DNA from: Octopus bimaculoides
Lineage: Eukaryota
DNA length: 51,622 bases
Direction: 5' to 3'
Assembly: GCF_001194135.2 (NCBI RefSeq)
Contig: NC_068997.1
Location: forward strand, 12,292,933-12,344,554
Shown: piece after piece, positions 23,954 through 37,035 of the stretch
Position numbering within the stretch: position 1 is the first letter of the stretch
Layout: every line of letters starts with the position of its first letter
Made by a program: the position numbers and the translations under genes
The notes under the pieces: model-generated
What the model was told of the DNA's origin: nothing
The model's database searches: none
What the model saw: the letters and a program-made list of their open reading frames with translations, nothing else

Positions 23954-24645
23954 ACTAGAAATATTCGCTTACCGTATGGTTGATTATTGGAATCTGCCGA
24001 ACATTACGGTCTCGAATTTGCTGCCGGTGTGTTCGCATGCGTTCAGATAATGAGTTTCCAGTCTGGCCAATATATATTTCTTCATAATACGGGCATTTGA
24101 TGTAGTAGAGCAGATTTTTTTCTTTTACAGTTCAGATTTGCATTTGGAAATATTCTTCGGCCAATATTTGAGTTGATATATCTACTAGTATGTAGATACT
24201 GACATGTACCACATTGATTGTCATTGCATTTGGATACCACGAAAATTTTATGAGTGGATCATCAAGGGACCTGACTAGATGCCACAAAGTATTTCCTCTG
24301 ACACTCTGCCAATTGTTCACGATCAGGTAATATGCCATACAAAAATAGAATATTCATTCCATACATAGCCAAAATTAAAACATACATCAAAAAACTAACA
24401 CGTAGTTACCGACATCAAAATATTAAAAAAAAAACAGACAGTGGAAAATTGACCTCGACACACAAATCAATACTGGCTGCTGATGCATGAAGCTAACGGT
24501 CAAAAAATATTTAGCAGGAAAGTTTACGTAATTTTAATGAGTACATTTATGTGTATGTGTGTATTTACACACAGACACGCACGTACATATATATGCATAT
24601 ATATACATAGATACATATGCACATATATATGTTTTCATATATATG

Positions 24646-24679
<34 letters not shown>

Positions 24680-24750
24680 CGTATGTGTGTGTGTGTGTAA
24701 AGATGCATACACATGTATATATTTCTAGACATGTATCTATATTTTTATAT

Positions 24751-24798
<48 letters not shown>

Positions 24799-24825
24799 GC
24801 ATATGTGTGTGCATATATATATGTA

Positions 24826-24827
<2 letters not shown>

Positions 24828-24883
<56 letters not shown>

Positions 24884-24893
24884 AACAGACAGC

Positions 24894-24978
<85 letters not shown>
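24828..24978. repeat. compound (GA)n-(GATA)n microsatellite
   Basis: Direct reading. Confidence 0.95.
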
Positions 24979-25202
24979 TGTGTATATTCATAGATACGTG
25001 TTGACGTTATATGTGCGTGCCCCTGTGTGGGGGGGGGCGTGTGGAGGGGACTCTGTGTGTGTGTGTGTATGTGTAATATGGTGATTAAAGTTTTTCAAGT
25101 TATTAACTATACTTTGATCTTAGCTAAAATTCCAGAAGCCGGCTTTTTGTGCAAGAAGAAAAGGTTATCTTCAAATTGTTTAAAATAAATCCGAGTTTTC
25201 AG

Positions 25203-25249
25203 ACAAATAGACTGCACCCCGAAAGCAGTGGTCATGCTTTATAACCTAC
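25203..25249 (+). other. candidate 47-nt exon (QIDCTPKAVVMLYNL), unverified
   Basis: Acceptor GAGTTTTCAG| and consensus donor |GTAAGT; one open frame (phase 2 to 1). Confidence 0.2.
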
Positions 25250-25607
25250 GTAAGTGCAAAATTCCCTAACCCAACTTGAGTGTAACACAGGAATACCTGT
25301 ATGCATATATTACGCTCACAGGCGCTAATGCACACATTCACACTACAGATAACAACCATGTATGCATGTATGTATGTATGTATGTATATATGTGCATATA
25401 CATATATATGTGTGTGTATGTATATACATATTACAAATTTGGGTTCTTATCAATAGAATCACAACTCCTATTTCAGGACAACCTTATTTTCTGGAAGACA
25501 CATAGAAAGTTATATCCAATATAATAATAAAATGATATAAGCATTTTAAAACCTACTATATATAAAGTACAATAAAATTAATTAAAAAATTATTTTTTAA
25601 ATATTTG

Positions 25608-25646
<39 letters not shown>

Positions 25647-26022
25647 GTTATTAGTCTGTGGGGAAAGAAGATATTTTTCATCAACGCTACACGTGTTTCA
25701 GTGCTACTGGTGTGTTTAACCAGGCTATACCTATTACATAAATCTACCAGCGCGTCCTCAGGCTATTTTAAAATTAACTTTATTGTACTTTATAGTAGGT
25801 TTTAAAATGCTTATATCATTTTATTATTATATTGGATATAACTTTATATGTGTGTTCCAGAAAATAAGGTCCTGAAATAGGAGTTGTGGTTCTATTGATA
25901 AAATCCCAAATTTATAATAATATTATAAATGATACTGTTTGCTTTGCATTAGTAAAGTGTAAAATGGTAAATGTTCTGATAACCTGGAATACTTATTATT
26001 CCCTAAGGTTTTTTACATATAT

Positions 26023-26088
<66 letters not shown>

Positions 26089-26099
26089 CACATATTCTT

Positions 26100-26305
26100 T
26101 TATTCTTTTAATTGTTCCAGTCAGTTGTCTGCGGCCATACTGGAGTACTGCCTTTATTCGAACAAATCGCCCCCAGAACTTATTCTTTGTAAGCCTAGCA
26201 CTTATTCTATCGGTCTCTTTTACCGAACCGCTAGAATACGGGGACGTAAACACACCAGCATCGGTTGTCAAACGATGGTGAGGGAATAAACATAGACACA
26301 AACAA

Positions 26306-26310
<5 letters not shown>
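26100..26310 (-). mobile_element. SINE family C, 3' half
   Basis: CTGCGGCCATACTGGAGTACTGCC ... GGGGACGTAAACACACCAGCATCGGTTGTCAA. Confidence 0.85.
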
Positions 26311-26391
<81 letters not shown>

Positions 26392-27062
26392 GCACATATA
26401 TATACACATTAATATATATATATATACAGAGAGAGAGAGAGAAAGAGAGATGTATTCATNNNNNNNNNNNNNNNNNNNNNNNNNNNNNNNNNNNNNNNNN
26501 NNNNNNNNNNNNNNNNNNNNNNNNNNNNNNNNNNNNNNNNNNNNNNNNNNNNNNNNNNNNNNNNNNNNNNNNNNNNNNNNNNNNNNNNNNNNNNNNNNNN
26601 NNNNNNNNNNNNNNNNNNNNNNNNNNNNNNNNNNNNNNNNNNNNNNNNNNNNNNNNNNNNNNNNNNNNNNNNNNNNNNNNNNNNNNNNNNNNNNNNNNNN
26701 NNNNNNNNNNNNNNNNNNNNNNNNNNNNNNNNNNNNNNNNNNNNNNNNNNNNNNNNNNNNNNNNNNNNNNNNNNNNNNNNNNNNNNNNNNNNNNNNNNNN
26801 NNNNNNNNNNNNNNNNNNNNNNNNNNNNNNNNNNNNNNNNNNNNNNNNNNNNNNNNNNNNNNNNNNNNNNNNNNNNNNNNNNNNNNNNNNNNNNNNNNNN
26901 NNNNNNNNNNNNNNNNNNNNNNNNNNNNNNNNNNNNNNNNNNNNNNNNNNNNNNNNNNNNNNNNNNNNNNNNNNNNNNNNNNNNNNNNNNNNNNNNNNNN
27001 NNNNNNNNNNNNNNNNNNNNNNNNNNNNNNNNNNNNNNNNNNNNNNNNNNNNNNNNNNNNNN

Positions 27063-27093
<31 letters not shown>

Positions 27094-27190
27094 CATATAC
27101 GCGCGCATTTATATACATTCATATGTTTATCTGTGTGTACGTGTGTATGTTCGTGTGCGTGAGTGTATATAGCTTGTCTGCATAACACAG

Positions 27191-27301
27191 GTCTTTGGCC
27201 TGATCAGGATCATCGCTCTTTGAGTAATGACAAACCAGTCTCTTTTCCACGTTCGAATTTATGGCCTATATTTCAACAACATCAATTACTAAAGCAAGAC
27301 G
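27191..27301 (+). CDS. candidate symmetric 111-nt exon (LWPDQDHRSLSNDKPVSFPRSNLWPIFQQHQLLKQD)
   Basis: Acceptor CATAACACAG|G, donor G|GTGAAT; only the phase-1 frame is open. No family recognised. Confidence 0.25.
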
Positions 27302-27735
27302 GTGAATGACAACAAATGCGATAGTATGTTCAAATATAATACAGTACGGAGGACAAACAAGAACAAATACCATTTATTTATTGTTACTTTTTTCTATTTG
27401 GTTTATATCGGTTCTTCGAGACTGTAACTTAATGTCGCTACCAGAGAAACGGCAATATCAGAAGATTATTTTTCTATTTATACGTTTATTTAAAAAGAGA
27501 TACATTGAACACAAGTCATAAACTGAATGGCTTGTTTAATCAAGAAATGGACACTAAAGTGTGACAGTGTTTGCTCTTTGGCGGAATTATCGTATATGGG
27601 AACAAAGAAAATCGTTTTCTCTCAATAACCTTTCTCATTATACGTACCAACATACATACATGCATACATACATGCTTAGATATATACTTATATACATAAA
27701 CGTGCCTACATACACACACACGCATACATACTTCC

Positions 27736-27818
<83 letters not shown>

Positions 27819-28402
27819 CCCACACACATACATACATACATACATACATACATACATACATACATACATACATACGTAGGTAGGTAGGTAGGTTTATATA
27901 ATATATAGATACGCAAGCATACATGTAGATAAAAATATATGTACGTTTGTATACATGTGTATGTTGTATGTGTATGTACAGATAGATATGTGTGTGTATA
28001 TATACATCATATATATATATATATATATAAACGTTTCAGGTGAATCATACATATAATTATATATCATGAATTATACTTAGATATATATATATGTATATCT
28101 ATGTGTGTGTGTGTGTGTTCGTGTATACATACGTGTGAGTACATACATGTATACAGACAGACAGACACATTTAAGATTAACATCAACGCTTCTACACGTT
28201 TTCGTATATAAACACAAACATATATAAAGAGGCGCCCTCGCCGACGAAGACACAGGCACAATTTAGGAGATGAAACCATAGAAAGAGACATAGAGTTTAT
28301 TTATTTAGTCATTGAATCATTCAATCATATGTTTATTTTTAAATAACTTCCGATCAGAAATAACTAATTCTGAGATCGATGACCGCTAAAGCATCAAAGC
28401 AA

Positions 28403-28540
<138 letters not shown>

Positions 28541-28620
28541 ACCTGTATGTGTATAAAATATATATATTTGTGTGTGTGTGTATACATAAATGTACATATA
28601 TAATCCTTTTATTTGTTCAT

Positions 28621-29007
28621 TCTTTTACTTGTTTCAGTTAGCTAACTGCGGCCATGCTGGAACACCACCTTAAAGGGATTTTTTTAGGTCAAAGAAATCA
28701 ATCCCAGGAATTACTCTTTCTAAGCCTAGTACTTTTGCCGAACCACTAAGTTACGAGATGTAAACACACCAACATCGGTTGTCAGCGATGATGGAGAAAC
28801 AAAGATACACATACATATAAATATATACATATATATGCATACGCGACGGGCTTCTTTCAGTTTCCGCCTACCAAATCCACTCAATAGTCTCTGGTCGGCC
28901 CGAGGCTATAGTAGAAGACATTTGCCCAAGGTGCTATACAGTGGGACAGAACCCGGAACCATGGTGATTGGAAAGCAAGCTTCTTACCACACAGCAACTC
29001 ATGCGCC
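28621..29007 (-). mobile_element. full-length SINE family C
   Basis: Head GGCGCATGAGTTGCTGTGTGGTAAGAAG...GGTTCCGGGTTCTGTCCC through tail ...GGTGTTCCAGCATGGCCGCAGTTAG..CTGAAACAAGTAAAAGA. Confidence 0.9.
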
Positions 29008-29029
29008 TTATATATATTTATTAATCCTA

Positions 29030-29582
29030 CATACATATGTGTATAATTACATATTTAGACATGCTCATATATATTTCAATGATAAACTTCTGGAAAGTTT
29101 TACAGAATTTTCCAGTTCCAGTGATGGATTGGATCTGTAGTCTTCGTATTAGCTTTTTCCTTTCTGGTTTTGTGAAGCCTAATTTCTCGAGATAGATATT
29201 TAGGAAGTGTGTTACATACCCCAGGGCCCCAATAATAACAGGTGTAAACCTGAACTTGTAATCTAGATTTCTCAATAGTTCAGCACAGGTTTTTCTCTTT
29301 TTCATTGACCTTCAGCTTTATGCTAACATCTGCTGGGCAGTTAATTTCCACAACTGTACACAGTCTCTCTTCTCCATCCCAAATCATTATATCAAGTCTG
29401 TTGTGATTACATTTTACTGAGGTCTTCATTGGGACATTCCACCAGTATTCCTTTTTATTATCAATGGCTATGGCTTCTACCATACTGTAGGTTCTTATTT
29501 CTTTGTCCTCGGGGATTATCCTTCCGACGGATTTCATTATAGATGTCCTAGCTACAATATCATGTCTCATCGGTAGATAGTT
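29030..29582 (-). mobile_element. R4/Dong-type RLE non-LTR retrotransposon C-terminal fragment (family R-b), frameshifted
   Basis: YLPMRHDIVAR (RHD motif), HNRLDIMIWD (NRPD-like), VVEINCPAD (D/E-x-x-P), KEK, then frameshift to PVIIGALG ... LQIQSITGT. This is the canonical restriction-like endonuclease region of R2/R4/NeSL-group elements. Confidence 0.9.
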
Positions 29583-29892
29583 CCGTGATGTGTCGGTCAG
29601 GTGCTCCAGTCAGCCTTCCCTCGATTCGGTCCCCTGGCCAGCCCCAGATGCCGTCAGGACCTTGCCGACCTGTCACGATGGCACTGTCCACAGTAAAAAC
29701 CGGGACCGGTTACGACCTTCCTGTGTGCCTTGTGTACACAACCCTTCGTCTTAGACAGCGCTTGGTCCTATGCGTGTGGCTATAGGCGAATGCGCTGTGG
29801 GACCGCCCACGTTAATACCAGGGAATGAATGCTAGTTTGTATGTATGTATGTAAGTGTGCATAAATGTATGCATGCATGTGTGCATGTATAA

Positions 29893-29932
<40 letters not shown>

Positions 29933-30460
29933 TATACATATATATACATATATATGTGTGTATGCATGTATGTATTATGTAAGCAAGTGAGCATGAATGT
30001 ATGCATGTATTTATGTGTGTGTACGTATGTATTTAGTGCAAAGTTAAGTTGAACATTTGAAGTATGGTCGGGTTTGATGATGATAGTTGCTTAGGACCAA
30101 TTGGTTGTCAGCTGTCCCATGCGATGAGAAGTTTTATTGCTGCTTTTAACGGAAACAGATACAGGCTGTATCATGCAATAAAAATTTTCTGCATTGAAAG
30201 ACAAACGAGTTTCAATCAATTTTCTTCCTCATTTCTAAGTTTAATGTTTTAACAGCAACAACAAAATGAAAACATTATATTTACAGAAAACACTATATGT
30301 AGTTTCTGCCATTTAATTTCCGACTTGCTGTCGCCGTTGTTGTTGGTGATGCCGTCGTTCTTGTCTTTATAATTTTGTTAAGGCGGGTAGGATTAGCAGT
30401 GTGATGGCTGAGTCGTCTGAGCATCCGGAGAAAATGCTATGCGCTATTTGTTCTGACTAA

Positions 30461-30692
30461 GGCGGTGAGCTGGCCGAAACGTTAGCACGCCGGGCGAAAT
30501 GCTTAACGGTATTTCGTCTGCCACTGCGTTCTGAGTTCAAATTCCGCCGAGGTCGACTTTACCTTTCATCCTTTCGGGGTCGATAAATTAAGTACCAGTT
30601 ACGCACTGAGGTCGATATAATCGACTTAATCCGTTTGTCTGTCCTTGTTTGTTCCCTCTGTGTGTAGCCCCTTGTGGGCAGTAAAGAAATAG
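30461..30692 (+). mobile_element. full-length, well-preserved SINE family B nested in an older family B copy
   Basis: GGCGGTGAGCTGGCCGAAACGTTAGC...TTCTGAGTTCAAATTCCGCCGAGGTCGAC...GTAAAGAAATA, flanked by TATTTGTTCTGACT / TATTTGTTCCAACT (TSD-like). Confidence 0.9.
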
Positions 30693-30869
30693 ATATTTGT
30701 TCCAACTCCTTAGGTTCTTAGATCTAATCCCATCGAGATCAACTTGATCTTTCATCCCTCTGGCGGTCGATAAAATAAAGTACCAGTCAAATATAGGAGT
30801 CGATAGTATCTGCTTAATCCCTTTCCCTTAAAACTAACGACTTCGTGTCTGAATTAAAAACAATTTCAG

Positions 30870-31055
30870 GCATTGAGCTAGCAGAATCGTTAAAAAGTCA
30901 GAAAATGCTACGCTGTATTTCTTCAAGCGTTTCATGTTCGTGTTTCAGATCTGGCTGAGATCAGCTTTGCCTTTCATCCTTTCGAGGACGACAAAATTAA
31001 GCGCCTGTTGATCGTATCGACTAACCTCCTCCCTTTAAAATGCTAGTCTTATTCC
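30870..31055 (+). mobile_element. decayed SINE family B
   Basis: GAGCTAGCAGAATCGTT ... CTTTGCCTTTCATCCTTTCG. Confidence 0.7.
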
Positions 31056-31105
31056 TAAATGAAAAACTATTATTATTATTACTATCATTATTATTATTAT
31101 TATTT

Positions 31106-31469
31106 TATGTTTGACTTTTGTTTTGCATTTGTACAAGTTGGATCCAAGTCTCACCCAGAGACCTCAAGAGACAACAAATTAGAAGTTCATGTAGGTGTTA
31201 TGCCTAGGGTACCATATATTTGGATTTGTACAGTTTTGTTCAAGTGAATGTTTAAGAAACCATAAGCAAATTATGTGTTTGCTTTAAAATTTGAGATCAC
31301 ATAGACAGTATTTTACGTAGTATATGGGCAGTTCCCATGAGCACTATCTTTTGAACTTCAGCCATTTTGGGGTTTCCTGGTCTCTGAGCTAGGTAGTAAT
31401 CAGCCCGTTTCGCTGTCATTCCCAGGGCACCTATGACAATAGGTATTGTTTTCGTCTTCAGATTCCACA

Positions 31470-31471
<2 letters not shown>
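31106..31471 (-). mobile_element. 5'-truncated Dong/R4-type RLE retrotransposon (family R-a) inside a (TAA)n array
   Basis: 31470 to 31297 translates cleanly as MWNLKTKTIPIVIGALGMTAKRADYYLAQRPGNPKMAEVQKIVLMGTAHILRKILSM*, then ~190-nt 3' UTR; (ATT)n on both sides. Confidence 0.9.
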
Positions 31472-31528
<57 letters not shown>

Positions 31529-32096
31529 CATTATTATTATTATTATTCTTTCGTAACACAGTGTAAGTAAAAATGCACCGTAGTCTTTAAGTCATCTGTC
31601 AAGTCACAACAAGGACCTCAGACAGATAATACTCTCCTTGGGATGTGCGCTGTGTAGTTCTCGGGGTGATTCACATACACACACATACACACACACACAC
31701 ACAAACGCGCGTCCATTCATGCATATATTCTCAACAAAAAACATTCAAACCCCATAATATACATAACATGTATAAATATCATATATAACCGCAGGTCATT
31801 TTTCCACATTTTCCATCGGTTTTTTTCATTTTTCAATTCAATCATCTCTCATTCTTAGTTTTTGCTTTCCCCATCTCTAATTGCTTACTTCTCAATTATC
31901 ATTTCCTTCTACCTGTTCATTCATCATTCCTCCTAACTTAGTTTTACTTCTTTTAGTATAGCACCTCCACTCACTGTCCTACTAACGGCGTTACCCTGTT
32001 ATCTAGATGGCCATAGGGGAGGCGCAATGGTTCAGTGGTTAGACCTTGTACCTATATTAGAAATAATTATTATTGCTAATGGTTCAGGCATCTTTC

Positions 32097-32266
32097 CACT
32101 ACTGTAGCTAGAGAGTGTGCCACCTGGGTCGACCCTTCCGTTTGTTCCCCCCCCCCCTCGGACCCCACAAAAAGACACATATTGCCTACAGTAAGCGCAA
32201 AACTGCCGCCCCTTTAAAAGTAACGGACGGCCCCTACCGACTCCACCGACCCCAGCTACGCTAGTG
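32097..32266. mobile_element. hAT-like MITE, decayed
   Basis: Ends CACTACTGTAGCTAG / CCAGCTACGCTAGTG; flanking 8-mers CATCTTTC and CCTGTTTC (6/8 identical); ends related to 44536-44710. Confidence 0.55.
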
Positions 32267-32369
32267 CCTGTTTCACTCCTAATCAAGCAGATTTGTGCTC
32301 AAAAACGTCTCCAGCTGGTCTTTTCTAAGACGATTCGTGCTATTTAAGAGAGATTTGACNNNNNNNNNN

Positions 32370-32427
<58 letters not shown>

Positions 32428-34239
32428 CACTTTTTGATTGTATTTCTCATTGTTGTTGAAGTAATTCTATTATTTTTTTCTATTCTCATTGTGATATTGT
32501 AAATGTGTTTTTTGTTGTGATGTTGTACATGTATTTTTTATTGATTTTGCTCTTATTTTGTGACAGATTTCGATTTATCTTATTGTTGCTGTTGTTTTCG
32601 TTATGGTTTTTTCTTTCTTTTGGTTTCTGTTCTCTTCATCTTGTTCGTTTGGTTGGTTTATTTTGTGTGTGTGTGTGTGTGTGTGTATGTGTGTGTTGAT
32701 TATTTTATTCGTTCTGCTTTGAGTGTTAAGGTGAATCATCGTCCATAACCACTAGCGTGTTTTAACTCTCTTATTATAAAAGTGGAGGGAATATTATGAA
32801 TGATGAGAAACGTGTGCTGAATGTGGAGACATTTTTGCTGATGTGAAGAGATCACGTGGTGTTGTGTGACATAAGATCGCGTTAAACCAATGAATTATAA
32901 AGACAAATGTTGAAAAAGAAATAGATAAAGAAAGACGAAACAAATGCGATAAATAAAAGACAGAAGAAGAAAGAAAGAAAGGAAAAGAGACAGGAAAAAG
33001 ACGGAAAAACTGAAAAGATTTAAGAGAATAAGAAAATCAAATAAATTTGAGAATAGAAAGAAGAAAAGTGAAGAAATTCAATTTTGAATTTACACATTTC
33101 TCCGAAGGCTTACTCTGTTATTATATTTCGCTATATCTTTACATCATGCTGGCTACTTATGTTGATGCCAGCGCGAAGTAACACTTGCCTCTCTCTGCCT
33201 GCCGACATTAAAAGACGCTTGGTGGTTAATAAGGTTCGTGTTGATGTTTATATGTGTGTGTTTGTGTGTATGTATCAAACCCTGAAGACGTTTCAAGCCA
33301 TATCATTCTTTCTCGGTTTGGCTTTCTTTATTGCCTTCACCTAATATATTGTTGACTTATTAACTTTACTTCTGCTTCATTTGCGTTAACATTTTTTTGT
33401 CTTTAATTGGCTGCCATTTTTTTTTCCCCCAACATTTACTGAGCTGTAAATATAGCGTTGTTTCCGCCTATCGCAAATTTAGAATAATATTTCCTTTTAA
33501 AAAAGTGTGCTACGATATGTTATAAAGAGGACTTGCTGAGTTGATATTTACTTGTTGCGTTTTTACTTTTAGTTTTATTTAACCTAATTTTTTTCTTTAA
33601 TTCCTATTTCCAGTTGTTTTAGTTCTTAGGCTGCGGCTATGCTGGAGTACCACCTTCAAGGGTTCTAATTTACGATATATTACAAAGTCGTTATTTCCTA
33701 TTTAACAGTGTGGCCTTTGTCCCAAAATTCCTATACTTCTCTCCCTCTCTCTATCTCCCTCTCTCTCTCTTCTCTCTCTCTCTCTCATCCCCATTAAACG
33801 CACGCACGCACATACACACACATACACACACACACACATGCATATATTATATTTATAATTGTAGCTACATCTTAGAGTATTTCGTTAAACAGAGTTTCAT
33901 TCCACCAACCTCAGACATTCCTCAGATGGGTTGGCTGGTGGCACGTTTACTTTTCTCGGTTGGATTTTAGCCACGTAGTATTGACTTCCTTTTTTGTGAA
34001 GCTTCATTATTGGTATAACTCAAATACCAATGATTTCTGCTTTAGTCACAACGCCACATGGAAGAGTAAATGTCGTTTTTCCTTGAAATTCTTTCACCTT
34101 CTTTCTTTGACAGATGAAATTCGTTTTATTGAATCACAATTTAATTACAAAGAAGCAAAGAAACAAGAATAAAATAAAAGAGGGAATTAAGATGCTTGGG
34201 GTGGGGCTGAAAGAATGGAATTTACTCATGGCTTTTGCC

Positions 34240-34740
34240 TGCCCTCCACGACAGTGAGATTGGCATGTTTTACATTCAACTTGAAAGATTGGTGGTCAAA
34301 ATCTGCAAAAAGAAATGCAGAGGTGGAAGGAGAGTTCTGTAGAAAGACAGAATGGGTGTAATGGCTAACAGGAGACCGAGAGTGGAAGCACTAGACAAGA
34401 GAAATCGAGATCCAAAAACAGGAGATCTTCCTACAGAATGGAATTGGATGTAAAGTAGACCTTCCTACAGAACCAATTTGGTTAAGGATTAAGAGGATAA
34501 AAGAAATCGATTATTCAGTAAAGTTAGCAAAGGGACTTTTTCGCAAAGAGCCAAAATGATCAGTTCCATCGGAGCGTGAGTACGGAAATGCATGCGGGTT
34601 GTGCGATGCACAAAGGGTTGCCTCCAGTTGGTGTTTGGAGGACACAAGAAAGCTTTTGTGGATTGAGCATGGTCATGTAGGTTACCTTCCTTCTCTTGCG
34701 TTCATATATGACAACTTCTGGTAGAAGAGTACCTGCTCCT
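34240..34740 (-). mobile_element. decayed LINE 3' ORF remnant (CR1/L2/Jockey-group-like)
   Basis: Frameshifted minus-strand motifs STLHPIPFCRKISCF and SHYTHSVF-QNSPSTSAFLFADFDHQSFKLNVKHANL (34339-34256) resemble the recalled terminal pattern LQPLS.RR.VASL ... WNSLP..F..YDLQSFK..VN. Confidence 0.5.
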
Positions 34741-34912
34741 ATAAAGTAAATTTGCCTTTCGATCTTTCCTCCGTTTCACAAGTATATTTGTGCTTGTATA
34801 TGTACATTTTTGTTGTTATGTTTGTCATACAAATCTGCCTTTTCCGATTTCAAATTGTGATTGCCTGTACTTCAATGTGCATTTTTAAAATTTTATTGTT
34901 ATTGTTTCTTTG

Positions 34913-35305
34913 AAGGCCGCGATCTGGCAGATTCGTTAGCAAACCGGGCGAAATGCTTAGCGGTATTTCGTCTGTCTTCATGTTCTGAGTTCAAATTCCG
35001 CCGAGGTCGACTTTGCCTTTCATCCTTTCCGGGTCGATAAATTAAGTACCAGTTGTGTACTGAGGTCGATCTAATCGACCCCGCCCCCCTGCCTAGAGTA
35101 GAAAAGAATCGTTAGCACTCCGGGCGAAATGCTTGGCAGTATTTTGTCTGTTGCTACGTTCTGAGTTCAAATGCCGCCAAGGTCGACTTCGCCTTTCATC
35201 CTTTCGGGGTCGATAAATTAAGTGCCAGTGATGCACTAGATAGATGTGATCGTCTAGCCTCCTATTTCCAAATTTCAGGCCTTGTGCCTATAGTAGAAAG
35301 GATTA
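34913..35305 (+). mobile_element. two tandem SINE family B copies
   Basis: 34913-35095 and 35100-35305 each contain GTTAGCA..CCGGGCGAAATGCTT ... GTCGACTT.GCCTTTCATCCTTTC.GGGTCGATAAATTAAG. Confidence 0.9.
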
Positions 35306-35998
35306 TTATTGTTTCTTTATTATCGTTTTAAATTTATTTTTGTGGGTTCGAGCAGCCTGTCGGTCTTAGAGAGTCATTAAAACTTGCATCTTCATTCAGA
35401 TCCCACCCAACCAGCTGTCGTTCCTAGTTTCTTCGACACTCATTACCTACACATATTGTACCACAAAGATGATGATGATGACGAGCCAAGGGTAAACGTA
35501 TTTGTAAACATTCTGTAACCTCCATACTGTGTCGTCTGACATGTAGCACCAGTCGAGCGTCAGGTGTGTGTGTTTCACCAGTTTGAAATATTTTTCCTCC
35601 TGAACTCAGATTTTAAAATGAGAAGAAGAAAAATACTGTCCTGTGAGCTCCGCTCCGACTTGTAGTGGAGATATCGGCCAGCATTACCTCTAATTGTTGC
35701 CTTGAGAGCATGAGAAAACCTGATTCACTTTTGGCGATACAAAGATAAATGATCTTGCACCATTGTTGCTTTTGAATGAAAATTTCGGGCAGAGATCTAA
35801 CCACCCTGATGGCATAACTCAGCTATGCAAACACTTTTTCAGTTAAGCGGCTTATGTCTAGCGTATGTATGTTATTGGTGAAGTTGGTAAAAGTAAACAT
35901 GATGTTCGCATTAATTTCATTCGACTTAACACATTTATTCCTTTCATTATTTGTCAAATGCGGGTGTGCATGTATGGGTAGGTGTGCGCGCGCGTGTA

Positions 35999-36037
<39 letters not shown>

Positions 36038-36450
36038 NNNNNNNNNNNNNNNNNNNNNNNNNNNNNNNNNNNNNNNNNNNNNNNNNNNNNNNNNNNNNNN
36101 NNNNNNNNNNNNNNNNNNNNNNNNNNNNNNNNNNNNNNNNNNNNNNNNNNNNNNNNNNNNNNNNNNNNNNNNNNNNNNNNNNNNNNNNNNNNNNNNNNNN
36201 NNNNNNNNNNNNNNNNNNNNNNNNNNNNNNNNNNNNNNNNNNNNNNNNNNNNNNNNNNNNNNNNNNNNNNNNNNNNNNNNNNNNNNNNNNNNNNNNNNNN
36301 NNNNNNNNNNNNNNNNNNNNNNNNNNNNNNNNNNNNNNNNNNNNNNNNNNNNNNNNNNNNNNNNNNNNNNNNNNNNNNNNNNNNNNNNNNNNNNNNNNNN
36401 NNNNNNNNNNNNNNNNNNNNNNNNNNNNNNNNNNNNNNGAACCAGGAACG

Positions 36451-36479
<29 letters not shown>

Positions 36480-36482
<3 letters not shown>

Positions 36483-36585
36483 TCTTTCTACTATAGGCAC
36501 AGGACCTGAAGTTATTTACGGGGTAAGGGGCTAGTCGATTACACCGTCTCTACTATTTCACGAAAACTTTATTTTATCGACCCAG
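36480..36585 (-). mobile_element. SINE family B 3' tail
   Basis: ATTCTTTCTACTATAGGCACAGGACCTGAA ... GGGCTAGTCGATTACA. Confidence 0.65.
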
Positions 36586-36741
36586 AAATACTCCGGAAGG
36601 TGCTTGAAAAATAAGAGGCGTTACCTTAGTTCACTGGTAGCGAACAGTGTCGCCCTGGTCTTGTTCGCAGTCTGTTACTGTCTCTGGGAGTGTTATTTTG
36701 CATTCTTTCTGGTTGGATGTGATTTGTTATTGAGAGATATT

Positions 36742-36901
36742 GGTGCAGGCGTGATTTTGTGGTAATCAGTTTGTTTCCCAATCAAATGGTTCCGGGTTCA
36801 GTCCCACCGCGTAACACCTTCGGCACGTGTCTTCCGCTATAGCTTCGGGTCGACCAATATCTTATAAGTGGATTTGGTAAATGGAAGCTGAAAGAAGGCT
36901 G

Positions 36902-36953
<52 letters not shown>

Positions 36954-36990
36954 ATCTGTGTGTGTGTGTGCATCTGTGTGTGTGTGCATC

Positions 36991-37035
<45 letters not shown>

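Noticed and set aside
23958-24326. Specific calls as SLC6 transporter or class B GPCR pseudogene
   Set aside because: Each call needs several frame switches and the two are mutually exclusive; motif matches are too short to name a family.
29581-29825. HDV-like ribozyme in the GC-rich unit (GCGAAU before a P2-like stem)
   Set aside because: I could not build P1/P3/P1.1 with a valid L3; a simple nested hairpin explains the pairing.
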